Position numbers and translations under genes: made by a program. DNA of 64,000 bases from the NCBI GenBank assembly GCA_904063045.1, contig CAJFCJ010000002.1:3033891-3097890 (forward strand). Direction: 5' to 3'. How positions within the stretch are numbered: position 1 is the first letter of the stretch; each line of letters opens with the position of its first letter. Below are positions 50,570 to 64,000 of this stretch, one piece after another. The DNA is from Dimorphilus gyrociliatus. Lineage: Eukaryota; Animalia; Annelida. The notes beneath the pieces were generated by a model. That model did not search any database. It had not been told where the DNA came from and was given only the letters and a program-made list of their open reading frames with translations.

Positions 50570-53079
50570 ATGGGTAAAAAAAAGACAAAACGCTTGCCAA
50601 GACAGCCAAAACCAAAAAAAGACAATCCGTTCGAGATTCGAGTTAATAAACGAAAATATGATGTATTAGGACAAAAAACTTTGAAACACGAAAAAGGTCG
50701 ACCTGGTCAGAGTCGCACGAGGGCTAATGAAATTAGGTCAAAAAGTCTTTTAAATGACTATGAACGACGAAAGAAAGCCAGTTATGGGGGGGTTATAGAT
50801 AAGAGAATAGGCGAGAATGATGCCAATTTGGATCCAGAGGAAAAGAACTTAAAACGATGGGCTGCAGAAAGAAAAGCAACTAATACCTTAATGGAACTGG
50901 ATCATGAAGACGTATTAACTCATTCTGGAAGGCCTTTATCAGAAATCGAACGATTCGACGATAAAGATTTGGAATTAAGGTTAGTTATATGACTTAATCA
51001 TAGAGAAATTAAAGTAGAAATTGTTATTGATTGCCATAAATCTGAAATTAGAATTTTGTAATTTGAACTTGCAATACTTTTAGTGACGATGATGACGATG
51101 GAATTATATCTGCTGACATTGTTAATGAGCATTTTGGATCGGGTAATATAGGCTCCGAAGCTACAAAAAAAACATGGAAGGAACGTATGGAAGAAATTAT
51201 GGTAGAGTCCAAAAAACGCAAATATGAAAGAAAACTAGAAAAAGATCGAGCCCAAGAGTTAACTGAAACTGTTGATGCTGAATGGAAAGATATTATGCAT
51301 TTGGTTGCTGGCTCGGCGTCATCAAAAGATGGCGAAGTATCTGAGAAGAAAGCGGTGGATGATTATGATATGGCTGTCAGATCTCTAAAATTTGATGCTC
51401 GAGCATTAGCTGGGGATAAACTTGTTGATGAGGAAGAGGCAAAGCAAAAGAAAATAAAACAGAAGATGGAAGAAAGAGATAAGCGGATGAAGCTGACTAA
51501 TGGAGAGAACGGTTCTGAAAAGATTCACGCTTCCGTAGATGATCTTGACGATAATTTCGCTTTTGGAAAAGATTCAAAAGAATTAAATAGTGATCAGGGT
51601 GATAGTGATGACTCAGATGAGGAAAGTGAGTCTGAAGAGGACGAGGAAAATGGTTTAGAGGGAAATTTAGAATTCGAAGAAAAGGAAGATGAGGATGGCA
51701 ATGATGAAGGTAAAGAAGAAGATGCCAGTATGGATAGCGAAAATGATGATGGGGATCCATTACAGGATCTTTCCGATTTGGAGAGCGACAACTCCGATGA
51801 AGAGGGAGCTGAAGATATTTCCGATTCAACCATCAAGTCAGATCAAATTTTCGTCAGCGAAGATTTTAAATCACTTTTTGCAAACATTCAAATGGCAAAT
51901 CTATCTGCGAAAGAATTCAAATCGAAATTAGAAGCAATAAAATCTAAGGGAAAATCACTGTTATGTGATGCAGTTGTTGTTTGTAAAGAATGCTGCCAAA
52001 AGGGAAATATTCAACTGTTAGATGTTCTTGCACCATTTGTTTACACTCTTGCTGAAAAGAATCCAAAAAGTGCTGCTGCATGTTTTTTAAATCATTTAAC
52101 AGAAATGAAATCATCTCTTCTTGAAGGAAAAGTTTCAAATCCTGCCGAAATTATTCTTTTTATAAAATTTGTTGTAGCTATATTTCCAGCCTCCGATGCT
52201 AGGCATTGTGTTACAACACCGGCTAGTGTTCTATTAAGTTACATTCTGAAGACTATGAAATTAAAATCTCTTCGACAAATATTCTTGGCCCTTTTTGGTT
52301 GCTCTATAGCCTTAGAATATACGGAACGTGCTCGGAGAATAAGTCCTGAAGCTGTGAACATTTTAAATGCAATCCTTAAATTGTGCATATCAAAGCATTC
52401 CTATCCTTTTACATCAACGAAAAAATTAGATATTCTGAATTTGAAAGATAGTGCGAAACTTAAACATTTGGACGAAAAAGAGAGAGTCGATTTGAAATTT
52501 GTACTTTTCAGTTGTTATGGCAGTGTTGCCGACGATAAGCACAAGGGTTTGGTCATCTTAAACACTATAAAAGTCCTTAGGAAGTTTATTGAATGTTACC
52601 CAAAAAATATTGGTGGCGCAGAAGCTTTTTGGGAACCTGTTCTATCAACATGCGAATTGTTTGAAAAATCTAAAAATCATTCATCATTAAAAGCGAAGGT
52701 AAAACATCTTGTAAATGAAATAAAACTGTGCTATCCGTCAAAATTACAAAGCCTTAAAAGAGACAAACAAGCCCCTGTCATGTTAAAAATGTTGGAACCT
52801 AAATTTGAAAACGTTGAAGAAGTTGGTAGGAGCCACAAAAATAACAAAGGAAAGTCACGAGAGAAAATTGAGAAAGAAATTCTACATGCAAGAGTTAAAA
52901 AGGAAAAGAAAGGTGCTATTAGGGAGTTACGACGAGACGCTGCTTTCTTAGCAAAGAAACGTCTACTGGATGATATAACTAAAGATAAACAGAGGAAAGC
53001 AAAAGTTAAGAGAATCTATTCACAATTGGCCCAACAAGAAGGCGATTATAATGCCCTTCAGAAAAAGAAAAAATCATAG
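50570..53079 (+). CDS. NOP14: Nucleolar protein 14 (SSU processome), 2 exons
   Basis: NPFEIRVNKRKYDVLG, LTHSGRPLSE, EEIMVESKKRKYERK, DYDMAVRSLKFD, acidic tract, FPASDARHCVTTP, KKEKKGAIRELRRDAAFLA. Confidence 0.95.
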
Positions 53080-53607
53080 TGTTTATGCTAAAGTCTCCAC
53101 TTTAAATTCTCATAATAATGTACATTATTCGTTCATTTTTCAAGGACGAAAAGTGAAATTGTTTTGTATTAAACGTTATAAATTTGTTACTAAACTGCTT
53201 GTTAGTAACTTTCAAAACTTGTTTTTTTTTCATACGATATCCCTCGTATTAGGAATGGTGAAATTTGAATTACTGATTCAAAGTGTTATTTTTGTAAAGA
53301 TTTTTGTAAAAATTTCGGGTAAATAATACACAGTTTCTAGAAAGAAATTTTATAAATTAAGAAACAAGAAATTTCATATTTTCACCTCTATTTTTATTTT
53401 CATGATTATATTAAACTAAAATATTGATACTTCCGATCTATATTTAGTTAAATGATGGCTATTAGCATATTATATATATATACATACACTAATTCATATT
53501 CTCAAATTAATTCAAAACTCCTACTTTATAATATTTAAGTATAAAATAGATAAATCGGACTTACACTAAAAATTTCTGTGAATACGGTTGAGTGTTCACT
53601 GGAGACA

Positions 53608-55298
53608 ATGCAAAATAATCTAAAGATTTTTATTATCATAGCAAGTTTAACAGAAGTATTTCTATTTGGAGGAATAGGAATGGGATGGATTAGTCTAACA
53701 TATATTTTTAAGGATCAAGGATATTTCATTGAAAGTTGTGATTACTATAATAATAGTAGTAAAGTAACATGCTCTGGACAAGATATTTCCTTGAATCTTA
53801 TATTTACTATATACATTTCTCTTTCGGGAATTGGCTGCCTTATAGGAGGAATATTGCTGGATACTTTTGGTATTTATCGAGGAAGGATTGGAGTGTTAAT
53901 CCTACTCCTTTTCGGTTTATCTCTTCTTGCTAATTCGTCTCCGAGTAGATAATTTATTTATTTTATTAAATTATATTATTATCACTTAAAACGCTTTCCA
54001 GCATATCCAGCAATACTTTGTACAGCAATGGCATTTATTCAAATTGGAGGAGGATTATTACATATTATGACTCTAAAGTTGTCAAATCTTCTTCCAAACT
54101 ATTCAAATGTTATTATGTTTTGCGAGAATGGTATTTATAATAATAGTATGGTAATAGCAGATCTGATAAGGGTATATATTGTTATTTTATTCATTCTATA
54201 GAAGTTCAATTCATACAATTTCTCATTTTAATCATGAATAGATAGTATATAATTACGGAATTCCAATTAAATGGTCTTTTCTTATTATGATTGGTGCTCT
54301 TATACCATTTTCTACAATCACATTATTCCTAACTCGATACAGAAATGAATTGGAGATTGCAGTAAAAAATGACGTATATGATGATGATGATGAAAATTCA
54401 GAGGATGAACTACTAGTGTATGATTCAAGTGAAAATTTAATTTTTTAAATAAAAACATACCTAAATGTTAATGTCTGTTATTCTTTTATTAAGGAAATAG
54501 GTCAAACACACTTATTAATTTCCTCAGAAAGAGTATTTATTCCCTTATAATAATAGCCATATTTCATGGATTTAATACTTTTTTAAAATTATCATATATT
54601 GGTTACTTAAATTCATTTTTAGAAAAAATAGCTGAAATTCATAAAGGTTTGTAGTAAAATATAACATTATCTATTTCAATAATATCTTGAAAATACCCAA
54701 TTTAATATAGAGCACAAAGTTGCAACCTATACGGCTATATTTTCATATATCCAATTTGGTAATGTCCCTATAGCCTACCTTTTAGGACGGTTTGCAGATA
54801 TTGTTAAGAAAGGTTAGTAAAAAATAAGTAAATTCTATTAGTTTGTATCTACTATTTATAAATATCTTTACTATAGGACAAGTGAAAATTATGGCTCTAA
54901 AGTGTATTCTTTGTATAACTTGCGGAATACTATTATGCATTACTTCCAGCTTTTATAACTTTCGTATTCAAATTATTAGCTTTATATTGTTTTTGCTACA
55001 TAGAGTTCTACTAGATACAATGACCTGTGCAGTTATTAAGAAATGGTAAATATTTTAGTTATACTTACAAATTACTTCTCAAAGATTTATTTTCATTAGC
55101 TTTGGTCAGACCCATTTTGCTACAAGTTATAGCCTTATAACGACATTTAGTTGCTGCCTCCTACTCTTTATCAACCCCTTCTTTCGCATTCACGAACAAG
55201 TCTTTGATCAAGAATTTTTGTACACAAATTTAGTTCTTATTTCCTTATTGTTTTGTACCATTGCTTTACCAGTTTATATCCTAGCTTATTTCAAATAA
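53608..55298 (+). CDS. SLC43A: SLC43-family (LAT3/LAT4/ENBT1-like) MFS transporter, 7 exons
   Basis: EVFLFGGIGMGWISLTYIFKDQGYF..C, QDISLNLIFTI, GGILLDTFG, LSNLLP..NG.., TYTAIFSYIQFG, FGQTHF. Frame is intact across introns but the sequence is divergent. Confidence 0.78.
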
Positions 55299-55609
55299 TA
55301 TAAAAGTAAAAAAATTTGATAAGGTGTTATAGGATAGCGGAAAATGTGTATTTCATCTGCCAATGATAGATCGATAGTTGATTTAACAATCATATAGAAA
55401 TTATGTTAAAATGTGTAATTATATTAAGAAAATAGAGTTTAACCATCTTCACAGAACTTTCAAAATTGTTCTTCTAAGCACTAATGCCACTTAGGAAAAA
55501 TTGAATGATACATAATGTACACTGAGTTAAGTGTGAATCGTGATCTTAAGTTCAAGCAGGAAAAAAAAAAGAAAATTTATTCTTAGAATGTAATTTAAAC
55601 AAAATAACT

Positions 55610-57107
55610 TCAGTCTTTAGCACCGGAAGACCCGCTTTCTTCTTTCGGTAGCAAACTCTCACCCATAAACAATTTTCCAAAGCTCTGGTTGGCAAATTCG
55701 TCAATCTGTTCAGCAAAAGATGCAATTTGTGAGGACACCAAAAGGGAATCCAATCGTGGTGGAACTGCGATTGGCTTAAATTGCTTATGAATGTCGTCAT
55801 CAGGCAATGGAGCTTCGCCTCTTTCTGATCTTGCTTTATTTTCAGCAAACTGTATCCAGAAACATTTTAGAAATTTGTAAAATACATCAAGAAATGTTTA
55901 TGCTTACTCTCTTTTGTAGAGCTTGCTGTTTCTGCTGTTGTTGTTTTTGGCATTGCCTTTGATAACTAAAGAATCGACTTGAGTCTTGTGATAATTCATC
56001 AACGCAATCCATCAGTAATTTCAATTTCTTTTCTAGTAAATTGCTACAAAAAAGCACAACAGTAAAAAAATTGTTAAAAAGACAAATTGTTTATCTTACC
56101 CCATTCCTAAATCGAGGAATCCATATTGATTACCGCTTGGCATAATTTCTCCTAATTCACAGCACAATGCACTAGTTAAATTTGAAGTTTTAATCACGAT
56201 ATCAACTTCTTCAAACATGTTATCAAAGCTGGTTCCTGTTTTCTTTAAACTGTGATCAAGTAAATGATGTTATTTTTTATTGCTATTTTTAAGACGGTTG
56301 AAGTAAACAGTTTATAATTCATTTATTATAAAATTTTGCTTACTCTTCAGGAGTATATTTTCCTTCATTGAAAAACTGCATCATCACTGGTGTAAGTCGG
56401 AGGGCTTTCAAGGATAGTTTTCCCTTACTACTTTTGATTGGATCTAATATGTTGAATTGAAATTTTAAATAAAAACATTATCTCGGAGAATCAGTAAGTA
56501 CAAACCGTAGATTAACACAATACTCTCTTCAATCGAGTTTTGGTAGTTAAATTGAGACTCTAATACACCTTTATTGATGAATGAACCATAACAATTACTT
56601 TGATACCATCCAACACTTAAATGGTCTACGTTAACATGTCTTAATTTCCTAATGACTTCGATTTGATAATACATTTCATCAAAATCATCTTCTTCAGTAG
56701 TCTTGGGAATCGGGAAACAATTGGTAACCTAATCATGTTCAATATTGAGATACACTTCAAATGAAATCATCACGCGTAGAGAGAATACTCACTTCTAATT
56801 TTGTTCCTTCAATCAGTCCTAACAATACTCCTTGAACTGGGTCAGAAGCTGACATCCCGTCATCTTGACAATGTTTAATAATTTTCAAAAGTACCTGAAA
56901 GATAAAAGGTAATAACAGATGCCATGTACACGTGACAAACGCCGGATATTTTTATTCTCTTTAAAATATCATAATTTTTCCTCAAAATAGAATCAAAGTG
57001 CTTTAATGTTAAAAAGAGACGTTATAAACACGAAATCTGCGCAAAACGATACTTACAACTGAGTCAATTTGTACAACTTCTATTTGCGCAGGCTTCTTGG
57101 ACGCCAT
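55610..57107 (-). CDS. EIF3H: Eukaryotic translation initiation factor 3 subunit H (MPN)
   Basis: VQIDSV|[45 protein letters not shown]|[24 protein letters not shown]. Confidence 0.97.
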
Positions 57108-57214
57108 TTTGGTTTCGAAAAGAAAGGAGTTCTGTTTTACAAAATTGTCGTAAAATTGATGGGAAAATTTAGAACTACTTTTTTTCGTTTCGCTGATTGG
57201 ACGTCTGAACAAAT

Positions 57215-57808
57215 ATGTCACAGGTAATTTAAGTGTACAAGAAATAGCAAATTGCTTTCTTTCATGATAGATGAATTTTTATTTTCTTTCAACTGTTGTA
57301 TAAAATAGCCAAGTTTTTTCTTTATTTTCTATGAAAATATAAAAAGCTGATAGAAATGAGCGATAATACCTGAAAATAATGTAAAATTACCGGTTCATAA
57401 ACAAATTTAAATCTTCTTAGAAACAAGAGACATCTGGGGATAAAGCCGAGAGGAAACGTAAAGAGACTATCTTAGATCTTGGGAAATACTTGGATAAAAT
57501 CATACGTGTAAAATTTGCCGGAGGAAGAGAAGGTTTGAAAAAAAGCAGCAGAATTTAATTTAACTTAAAGTCTCCTCTTTGTGTATATAGCCAGTGGAGT
57601 ACTTAAAGGTTTCGATCCATTATTGAACTTAGTGTTGGACGGAACAACTGAACATTTACGAGATCCAGACGATCCTTATAAAATAACGAACGATACACGC
57701 CAACTAGGACTGACTGTTTGTCGAGGGACAGCTGTTTTGTTAATTTGTCCTGCCGAAGGAATGGAATCTATAGCTAATCCTTTCTTGGCACAAGAGGGGG
57801 AAGGTTAA
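57215..57808 (+). CDS. LSM7: U6 snRNA-associated Sm-like protein LSm7, 3 exons
   Basis: MSQ|KQE..KETILDLGKYLDKIIRVKFAGGRE|ASGVLKGFDPLLNLVLD..RQLGLTVCRGT..ESIANPF. Confidence 0.97.
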
Positions 57809-58101
57809 GGCTTTTGTAACGGAAACGATTCATTTTTGAATTTCATAAGTCAGTTTGAATACACAACATTTATCATTTTTGTATGACTTTTATTTTTCCA
57901 AACTTTTACAAGAAAAGTAAAATTATTAGTCAGTCAGGTTTTCATTTATTTATAAAATGCGGTTTTGTGCATTTGATAAATCATCTCATACAGTAAAAAA
58001 TCTATAAGATACATTATTTTAAAAAAGGCAATATCACATCTAATTCCTGATGTCTAAATCATAGAAAAAAGAAAGGTATAAAATTTTTGTAGTAGGTAAT
58101 A

Positions 58102-61100
58102 TCACGTTATGTGTTTGGCAAGGCGTCGTTCAACGAGAAGATGAACTGGTGAATCGGAACCTCTTAGCCAATTTACAACAGTTTCATGTTCCTTTCCCTT
58201 GCAGCTTATTCCGTTTATCTTTAATATTTTATCCCGAACGTGGACTTCATTTCTTGGCTCTAAAACCCTTGTAACGTATATTCCCTGCTACAATTTATTA
58301 AACAATGAAAAATTAACTTTTGAAAGAAAATAGAATATAATACCGTATCATCAGGATTGAAAGGGTTTCCAGGGGATTGTAGGCCACCAGCTATACTGAT
58401 ACCAAGATCAGGAGTTTTGTATAATTTTACAAGTAATTGGGTAGCATGGTCATCCTGATAGCCGCTATCTGTAGATGTTTGAGAAAAAGGTTGTCGTATA
58501 TCTTCTTTTGATGAATCGTCAGCATAAGGTATGTCTGAAGAGGCATGAACAAGTTGGGCACGAACGTCATTTAGTGGTGTTGTTATCGGTTCCTATTGGA
58601 GTGGATCAAAAAGTTTTGAAAGCTATATATTACAATATAAAAAAAAACTTTAAGAGCTGATCAATTTCCTTCAATTAGCTCTTTTTTCTCCTTGTCACAA
58701 ATAGAAATGACCATTAACTTTGAATAAAGTGCGATATCATCAATAAAACCGCCGATAGTATAATAAATGATTCCTTTTGTTGGAATAACAAAATAACATT
58801 CTTTGCGTGTTTATGTATGATATCACAGTTTTATCAAAAAATATAGAATCATAAATGCTTACAGGAATGTGAGCAAAGCTTGAAGCGATGGGGAAAGGTG
58901 CGCCGGTTTTATTGCGAAGTTCGGGAACGCTTCGCCAGCACTAACAGAAGTTTTGTCAATAGTTAGTTAAAATAAAATTGTTAGTCTTCAGAAATAAAGA
59001 ACCGAGTATTTTAAAAGAGTGGATCATTAAATTAAAATCATTCCGTTAATTGATATTCGATTATCATTTTGCCATTGAGTAATAAATCTTTAATTTAAAA
59101 TATTCATTGTTATATATTGTTCTTTTGATTGATCATCTCACTCAATAGTTGACCTTTTCGAATATCTTAAATAATCGATCAAAGTATATTTAAGATCAAA
59201 TTTTTTGAGTTTTAACAGCGAAACAAAACCACCTGAATGTGCATCTTACATTTGTAAATTATTTATCGATAAAATTTTATCATCTTTATCTTTCATTTCG
59301 TTTCTTCTCATAGCCTCTACGAAGAGAACAGAAAGAGAATTTGATATTAATTTAACCAAATTTGCAGCGGAGAAGCTTAAAAACATAATACTCTTTTCGA
59401 TTTTTGCATGAATAAATATGCATAAAGCTCGGGACTTAGTGGATTAATTGATTAACTAACGATTAGCAAAATATTTATAGCTATGGCTTACACCCACCTG
59501 TATATTATTTAATCCATTTGGTTGAGATGGACTTTTATTTAAAGCAATTTGGGCTTTATATAATTGCTTTTTCCATTCCTCCTCTTCTAAGTTATGATTT
59601 TGATCCGATTCAATGGCTGATCGACGCCACGGGGACGGTTGCGGTTGAGCAGGTCTGGTAATTGGCATTGCCTTATGCGAAAATGAAAATGAATGTGATC
59701 CATTTTGATTTGGAGTTCTTGGCGTTATGGCTCTCTGAGCAGTCGGTATTTGTTTGCTGGTTGGAGTAGTTGGAACATGCATTTCCTGGACGGGTCTCAT
59801 GGACAAATTTGAAATCTCGTCAATACGTTGAAGTGGGGTTGATCGAAATGATTCAGACCGAACAACTTCAGCGTGAGATTCTGGTCTAAAGTGTCTAACA
59901 GGTGTAGAATGGAAGTTTGCGATCGGAGGACCAGGCTGTGGCCTGGAAAGATGGGATGTAGATCTAGCCTTTCGATTTAGAATTGCTTTCATTCTTTCGT
60001 ATATTTCTGCGTCAGATTTGTATCCTGTATCGCTCTTATAGCCTGTATCTGAATCGTAGCCTGACATAGGATTTCTAGCGATGCCACTATCACTCTCGTA
60101 GCCCTTTGAAGACCTTCTAAGACGTCTGTCCATTGGAGGAGGTCCTAGCAGCTGAGGAAGGTGACGAGAATGAGGTGATAAAAATCCTCCATCATCGTCA
60201 TCTTCTGTTTCTCCTTTTAGCCTCTTTTTATCTTTCATCATTTTTTCCTTATCTGCTTTCAGAAGATGATGGCGTTCAACAACCTGAGTTAATTGCCTTT
60301 CAGCCCTTCTCCCTAAAACGGGAGCTTCCTCAAGACGATCATTGTCTGTTAAACTCTTCACTTGAGCTTTTACATTTCTTGCCCTCATTTCCGCTGGCCC
60401 TGGAGTAGGGACTCTTTCTAGCCTACTAACGTTTTCTCCGGCTGAACTATCCCAAGTGATTTTTCTTTCGCGGTCCCCATTGATATAATCTCCTGCAATA
60501 GAATCGTCGTCACCATCATGTGGCTGTTGAGGCAATAGATAACAAGTTAAAACTTTTCTTCCATTTTGTATATCGCTTTGTAAGCGGATGATAGGCTGTG
60601 CTTGATTTTCAGACAGCCACATGGCTTGCAAATAATTTAATCTCATAAGAGACATTGGCAGATTGACCAAAAAGTTAGAGGACAAATTCAAAACTCTGAG
60701 TTTGGGTATTCTTCCTATTTCATCCGGTACATAGGTAAGCTGCAGAAAAGAGGAAAAAAAGAAAGTTTTAGAAAGATGAAACAATTGAATGATTTAATTA
60801 TGTAAAAAGAAATGTCATAAATATTATTGAGGTTCGATATATCGACATAATTTTACTTGTTTAATTATTTCTCAGCATGTATGCTTATTTATACAAGAAT
60901 TAAGCGATTAAATGGATATTTTGCTATTTATTATTTGTCTGTCGATTTATTTGCCTTAAATAAGGTACATAGGGAATAAAAGAATCTTGATACAAATACC
61001 TTAATCAGGGAAAATTGTATGTTTTTTTTTTTTTAAGTGAAAGTAAGTGTTATTAGTATTCTAGTATATGATTGATTTGGTGTAACTGTGGGAAACTAAA

Positions 61101-62624
61101 GAATACAGAAAATTATGGAGTAGGTGTCCAGAGATTCTAACAATACTCGCACTCTTTTCACACAATATGGGTCCAATATAAGGTTAGAATTATAAAATCG
61201 ACTCTGAAGAGAAAACGACGTGAAGGTTTTCTGTTTTTAGTCGGAATATTTTAGGGTTATATCTTCAAAAGAACCTGCACTATTTACAAGTATAGTAGTT
61301 GTTTGCAAAACAACTTTTTATATTTGTAGTAAGCCTGGGAAAATTTTTAGAGTCATTCGGCCACATTTAATGTTTATGCTTTTCTTTGATAAAAAGAAAA
61401 TTGTTTGATCGAGAAAAGATAATAATACTTGAAGAAAACACAACTTTTTTCTTTCTCTTTTTAATTAACTAACTAATGTGTCTTAATACCTAAAAAGGCT
61501 TACCTGATTCGCTCTTAGAGATAAGACAGTTAATGCCTGGCAACTACCCAATTCCGTGGGTAGCAAACGTAATAAATTCTCATTAGCGTATAATGTTCGA
61601 AGATTACGTAACAATCCAATCGAAGGTGGGAAATTTATTAGCTGATTTGCGCTAACTTCCAATTCGGAAAGGGAAGCTAATCCTCCGAGGGAAATAGGTA
61701 AACATTCCAAAAGATTGTCGTCCAACTTTAAAGTTGTTAAATTACTTAAACGACCAAGAGATTCAGGTAATCGTTTCAAGTCATTAGAGGAGAGATGTAA
61801 ATCCGCTAGCTGAATACAAGCCTCAATACTTCCGTCTATGTTACGTAGTAGATTTTTACTGGCATCGAGAAAGACTAAATTTTTAAGGTTTCCCAAACAA
61901 CTAGATATTGTAGTTATTTTATTTCGATCGCACCAAATTTCCTTTAAATTTTTCATTTCTCCAATAACATCTGGAAAAGTATGAAAGTCATTTGTACCCA
62001 CATCTAAACGTTCTAAATTAGTTAATCTGTTGAATGTATTTGGCAAATTTCTCAGACGGTTTTCCCTAGTTGAAGATAAAAAACGAATTAAAAAATTTTA
62101 AAGGAATTAAAAATTTAATTCTTTTACCTTAATTCCAAAACCAGTAGGTTTGTTAGTCTTCCCAATTGGCCAGGTACAAAATCCAATAAACAATCGTTCA
62201 AGTGCAAACTAGTTAGTGAAAGGCATTGACAAACGCCATCAGGCACACGACCTAAGGGATTAACGCTTAGATCTAACGTTGAGAGCCGTTTACAGCTCTT
62301 TATTGCGTCAGGAACGTATGACAAAGAATTTTTCGATACATCGAGTTGCTCGAGACAAATTAAACTTCCAATGGCTGGTGGAAGGAGTTTGAGCTCGTTA
62401 TCAGAAACCGATAAGATTCTCAGACCAGTACAACAAAAAAGTTCTCTGGGTAGATCCGAAATGCAATTAGCATCCAAAAGTAGTTCTTCAAGCGTCCTCT
62501 CTCGAACGAACACGTTGTTGGGAACTTGATCCAAAGATCCATGTCGATAATCTAGTAGTCGAACATCGTCTTCGAATTTTTTTCCTCTTATGCAAGCGCA
62601 CAAAGCTTTCTTTGTCGATAACAT
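58102..62624 (-). CDS. ERBIN: LAP-family protein (LRRs + LAPSD + single C-terminal PDZ), Erbin/Densin-180/Lap1-like
   Basis: N-terminal CxC (LCACIRG), LDYRHGSLDQVP..TLEELLLDAN, LRR array, LQAMWLSENQAQP..VLTCYLLPQQ. Downstream exons 58946-58869, 58592-58345 and 58284-58102 give PDLGISIAGG..GNPFNPDDT|GIYVTRV..DKILKING. Confidence 0.9.
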
Positions 62625-64000
62625 TTTATCTGAAATGAAATAATAACAAAAATGAACTTAGCATTTTTGATTCTAATAGAGGACACTATTGTTCTTTCAA
62701 AAAAAAAGTACGACATAATTGATAGTTACCATACCTTCTGACTAATCGTTAATAACTATACTGAATAAAAAGTTAGCTACCACTATTCCATACAGGTGAA
62801 TTCTTTTTATAATAGAACAAGATTGGATATCTTTCATCCAATCCCTCACAACCCCTCCCCCGTAAGTGAACTATTTGAACAAAGTTAAATCACAAGGACT
62901 TAAAGCATGGATTTTAGTAGCCATGGGTAAAATAAATAAACCATTTTATTGATTTACTTTGAAACAACACAATTTGTTATTAAAGCGAGTTAAAGCTTTT
63001 CCTTTGAACGGAACGAAATTTTTCTCGTTAGATTTATACTCTATATATTAAAAATTTTTCAACAAACCAATAGTAGATTGCATATTTTCCCTCTTTTTTT
63101 TATATATATGTTTACTGCAAATAGTAAGTATGATATTGTTAGAACTTGTATATGAACACGAAAGAATAGGTTTTTCTTTTTTATTTCAAGATAAATTGAT
63201 ATCGTATCCTATAATCGAAAATCAATTGACAAAACTACCTTTTTATGCAAAGTAAAAGAGAAAAAAATGACTAAAAAAGTACTGTATATTATTAAAGCAA
63301 GTTTTAAAACATATAGTATATTATATCGTACGATATGTAGACAAGAGTAATTTTTAATTATGTCAATATTAAAGATTTTTCTTTATTTAACAAGGAGGAA
63401 AGTACAAACATTTCCCATATATTTTTTGGCACGCAAACCTACTTCGTTACTAACCATTTTTCTTGATTTAATTATATTCATAAAAAAATACCACAAAGGT
63501 TTGAGAGAAGACTATTATATAAAAAAAACCTCTTCAATTGAGTTATTCAGATTCAAAATTAGTTCTTGAATAAGAAACTGGACTACTCAAGTCTGCTAGA
63601 TATTTGAATTTAGAGACAAAGTTAAATTAGTAATTGAAAGATATCTGCAACAATTCAGTTCAAGTGTTAAGTACTTAATTTGCATGAGAAAACTAGGAAA
63701 GCCCTTTGATCTTTGTTTATTGTCCGCCTGTCACTACGCCTATTCAACATGACCATGAGAAGTTTGCGATCGCCACTTTTCGGTTAAGGGTGAACGTTTT
63801 GAAACCAATCCTCTAATATTTAGTTAACTAAGCTAGGTTATCTATTTCAATGAGTTACTTATGTTCACAAATTTTCCAACTCTTTTGAGCGCGGGAAGTG
63901 GTCTCTTCATAAACAAGAAAAATAGGCTGGAAATACTCACCGATATAAACTATAATTTATCCAATAGTAAAATAAAGTTACTGTTACATTATTACGTAAC

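Noticed and set aside
51497-52138. Antisense and alternate-frame ORFs over NOP14 (likewise over SFMBT, EMG1, GLIS, ERBIN and the ZNF)
   Set aside because: Shadow ORFs produced by low-complexity or biased coding sequence on the real strand.
58869-58878. GTGAGCAAAG, matching the 5' end of miR-87
   Set aside because: Only 10 nt match, antisense to a coding exon, no precursor hairpin.

Overview
Eukaryotic (metazoan) genomic DNA, very AT-rich, with short GT-AG introns (mostly about 45-70 nt). This fits a miniaturised invertebrate genome such as the annelid Dimorphilus gyrociliatus; the species call is inference. I reconstructed 21 spliced protein-coding genes by hand: ADAL(-), CCDC42(-), NIPSNAP(+), NDUFAF7(+), EMG1(-), GLIS1/3(-), SFMBT(-), STIMATE(+), FAM210A(-), WARS2(+), PLPPR-like(+), TMEM59(-), an 11-finger C2H2 ZNF(-), myosin regulatory light chain(-), UBE2U-like(+), PPP4C(-), NOP14(+), SLC43-like(+), EIF3H(-), LSM7(+) and an Erbin/Densin-type LAP gene(-). 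I could not support any tRNA, rRNA, CRISPR array or transposase. Main discovery: the head-to-head genes CCDC42 and NIPSNAP each carry a hidden pair of tandem-duplicated, equal-length exons (86/86 nt and 95/95 nt) that frameshift if both or neither are used, so they look mutually exclusive. Both pairs have intronic complementary elements that could form competing or looping RNA structures. Other highlights: a UBE2U-like E2 with the catalytic Cys replaced by Ser behind an RFX X-box; a PLPPR pseudophosphatase with a hidden terminal exon and a possible 6-nt microexon; and a GLIS gene retaining a GLI-like SUFU-motif region and large regulatory introns. Family assignments rest on recalled motif similarity, not database searches.
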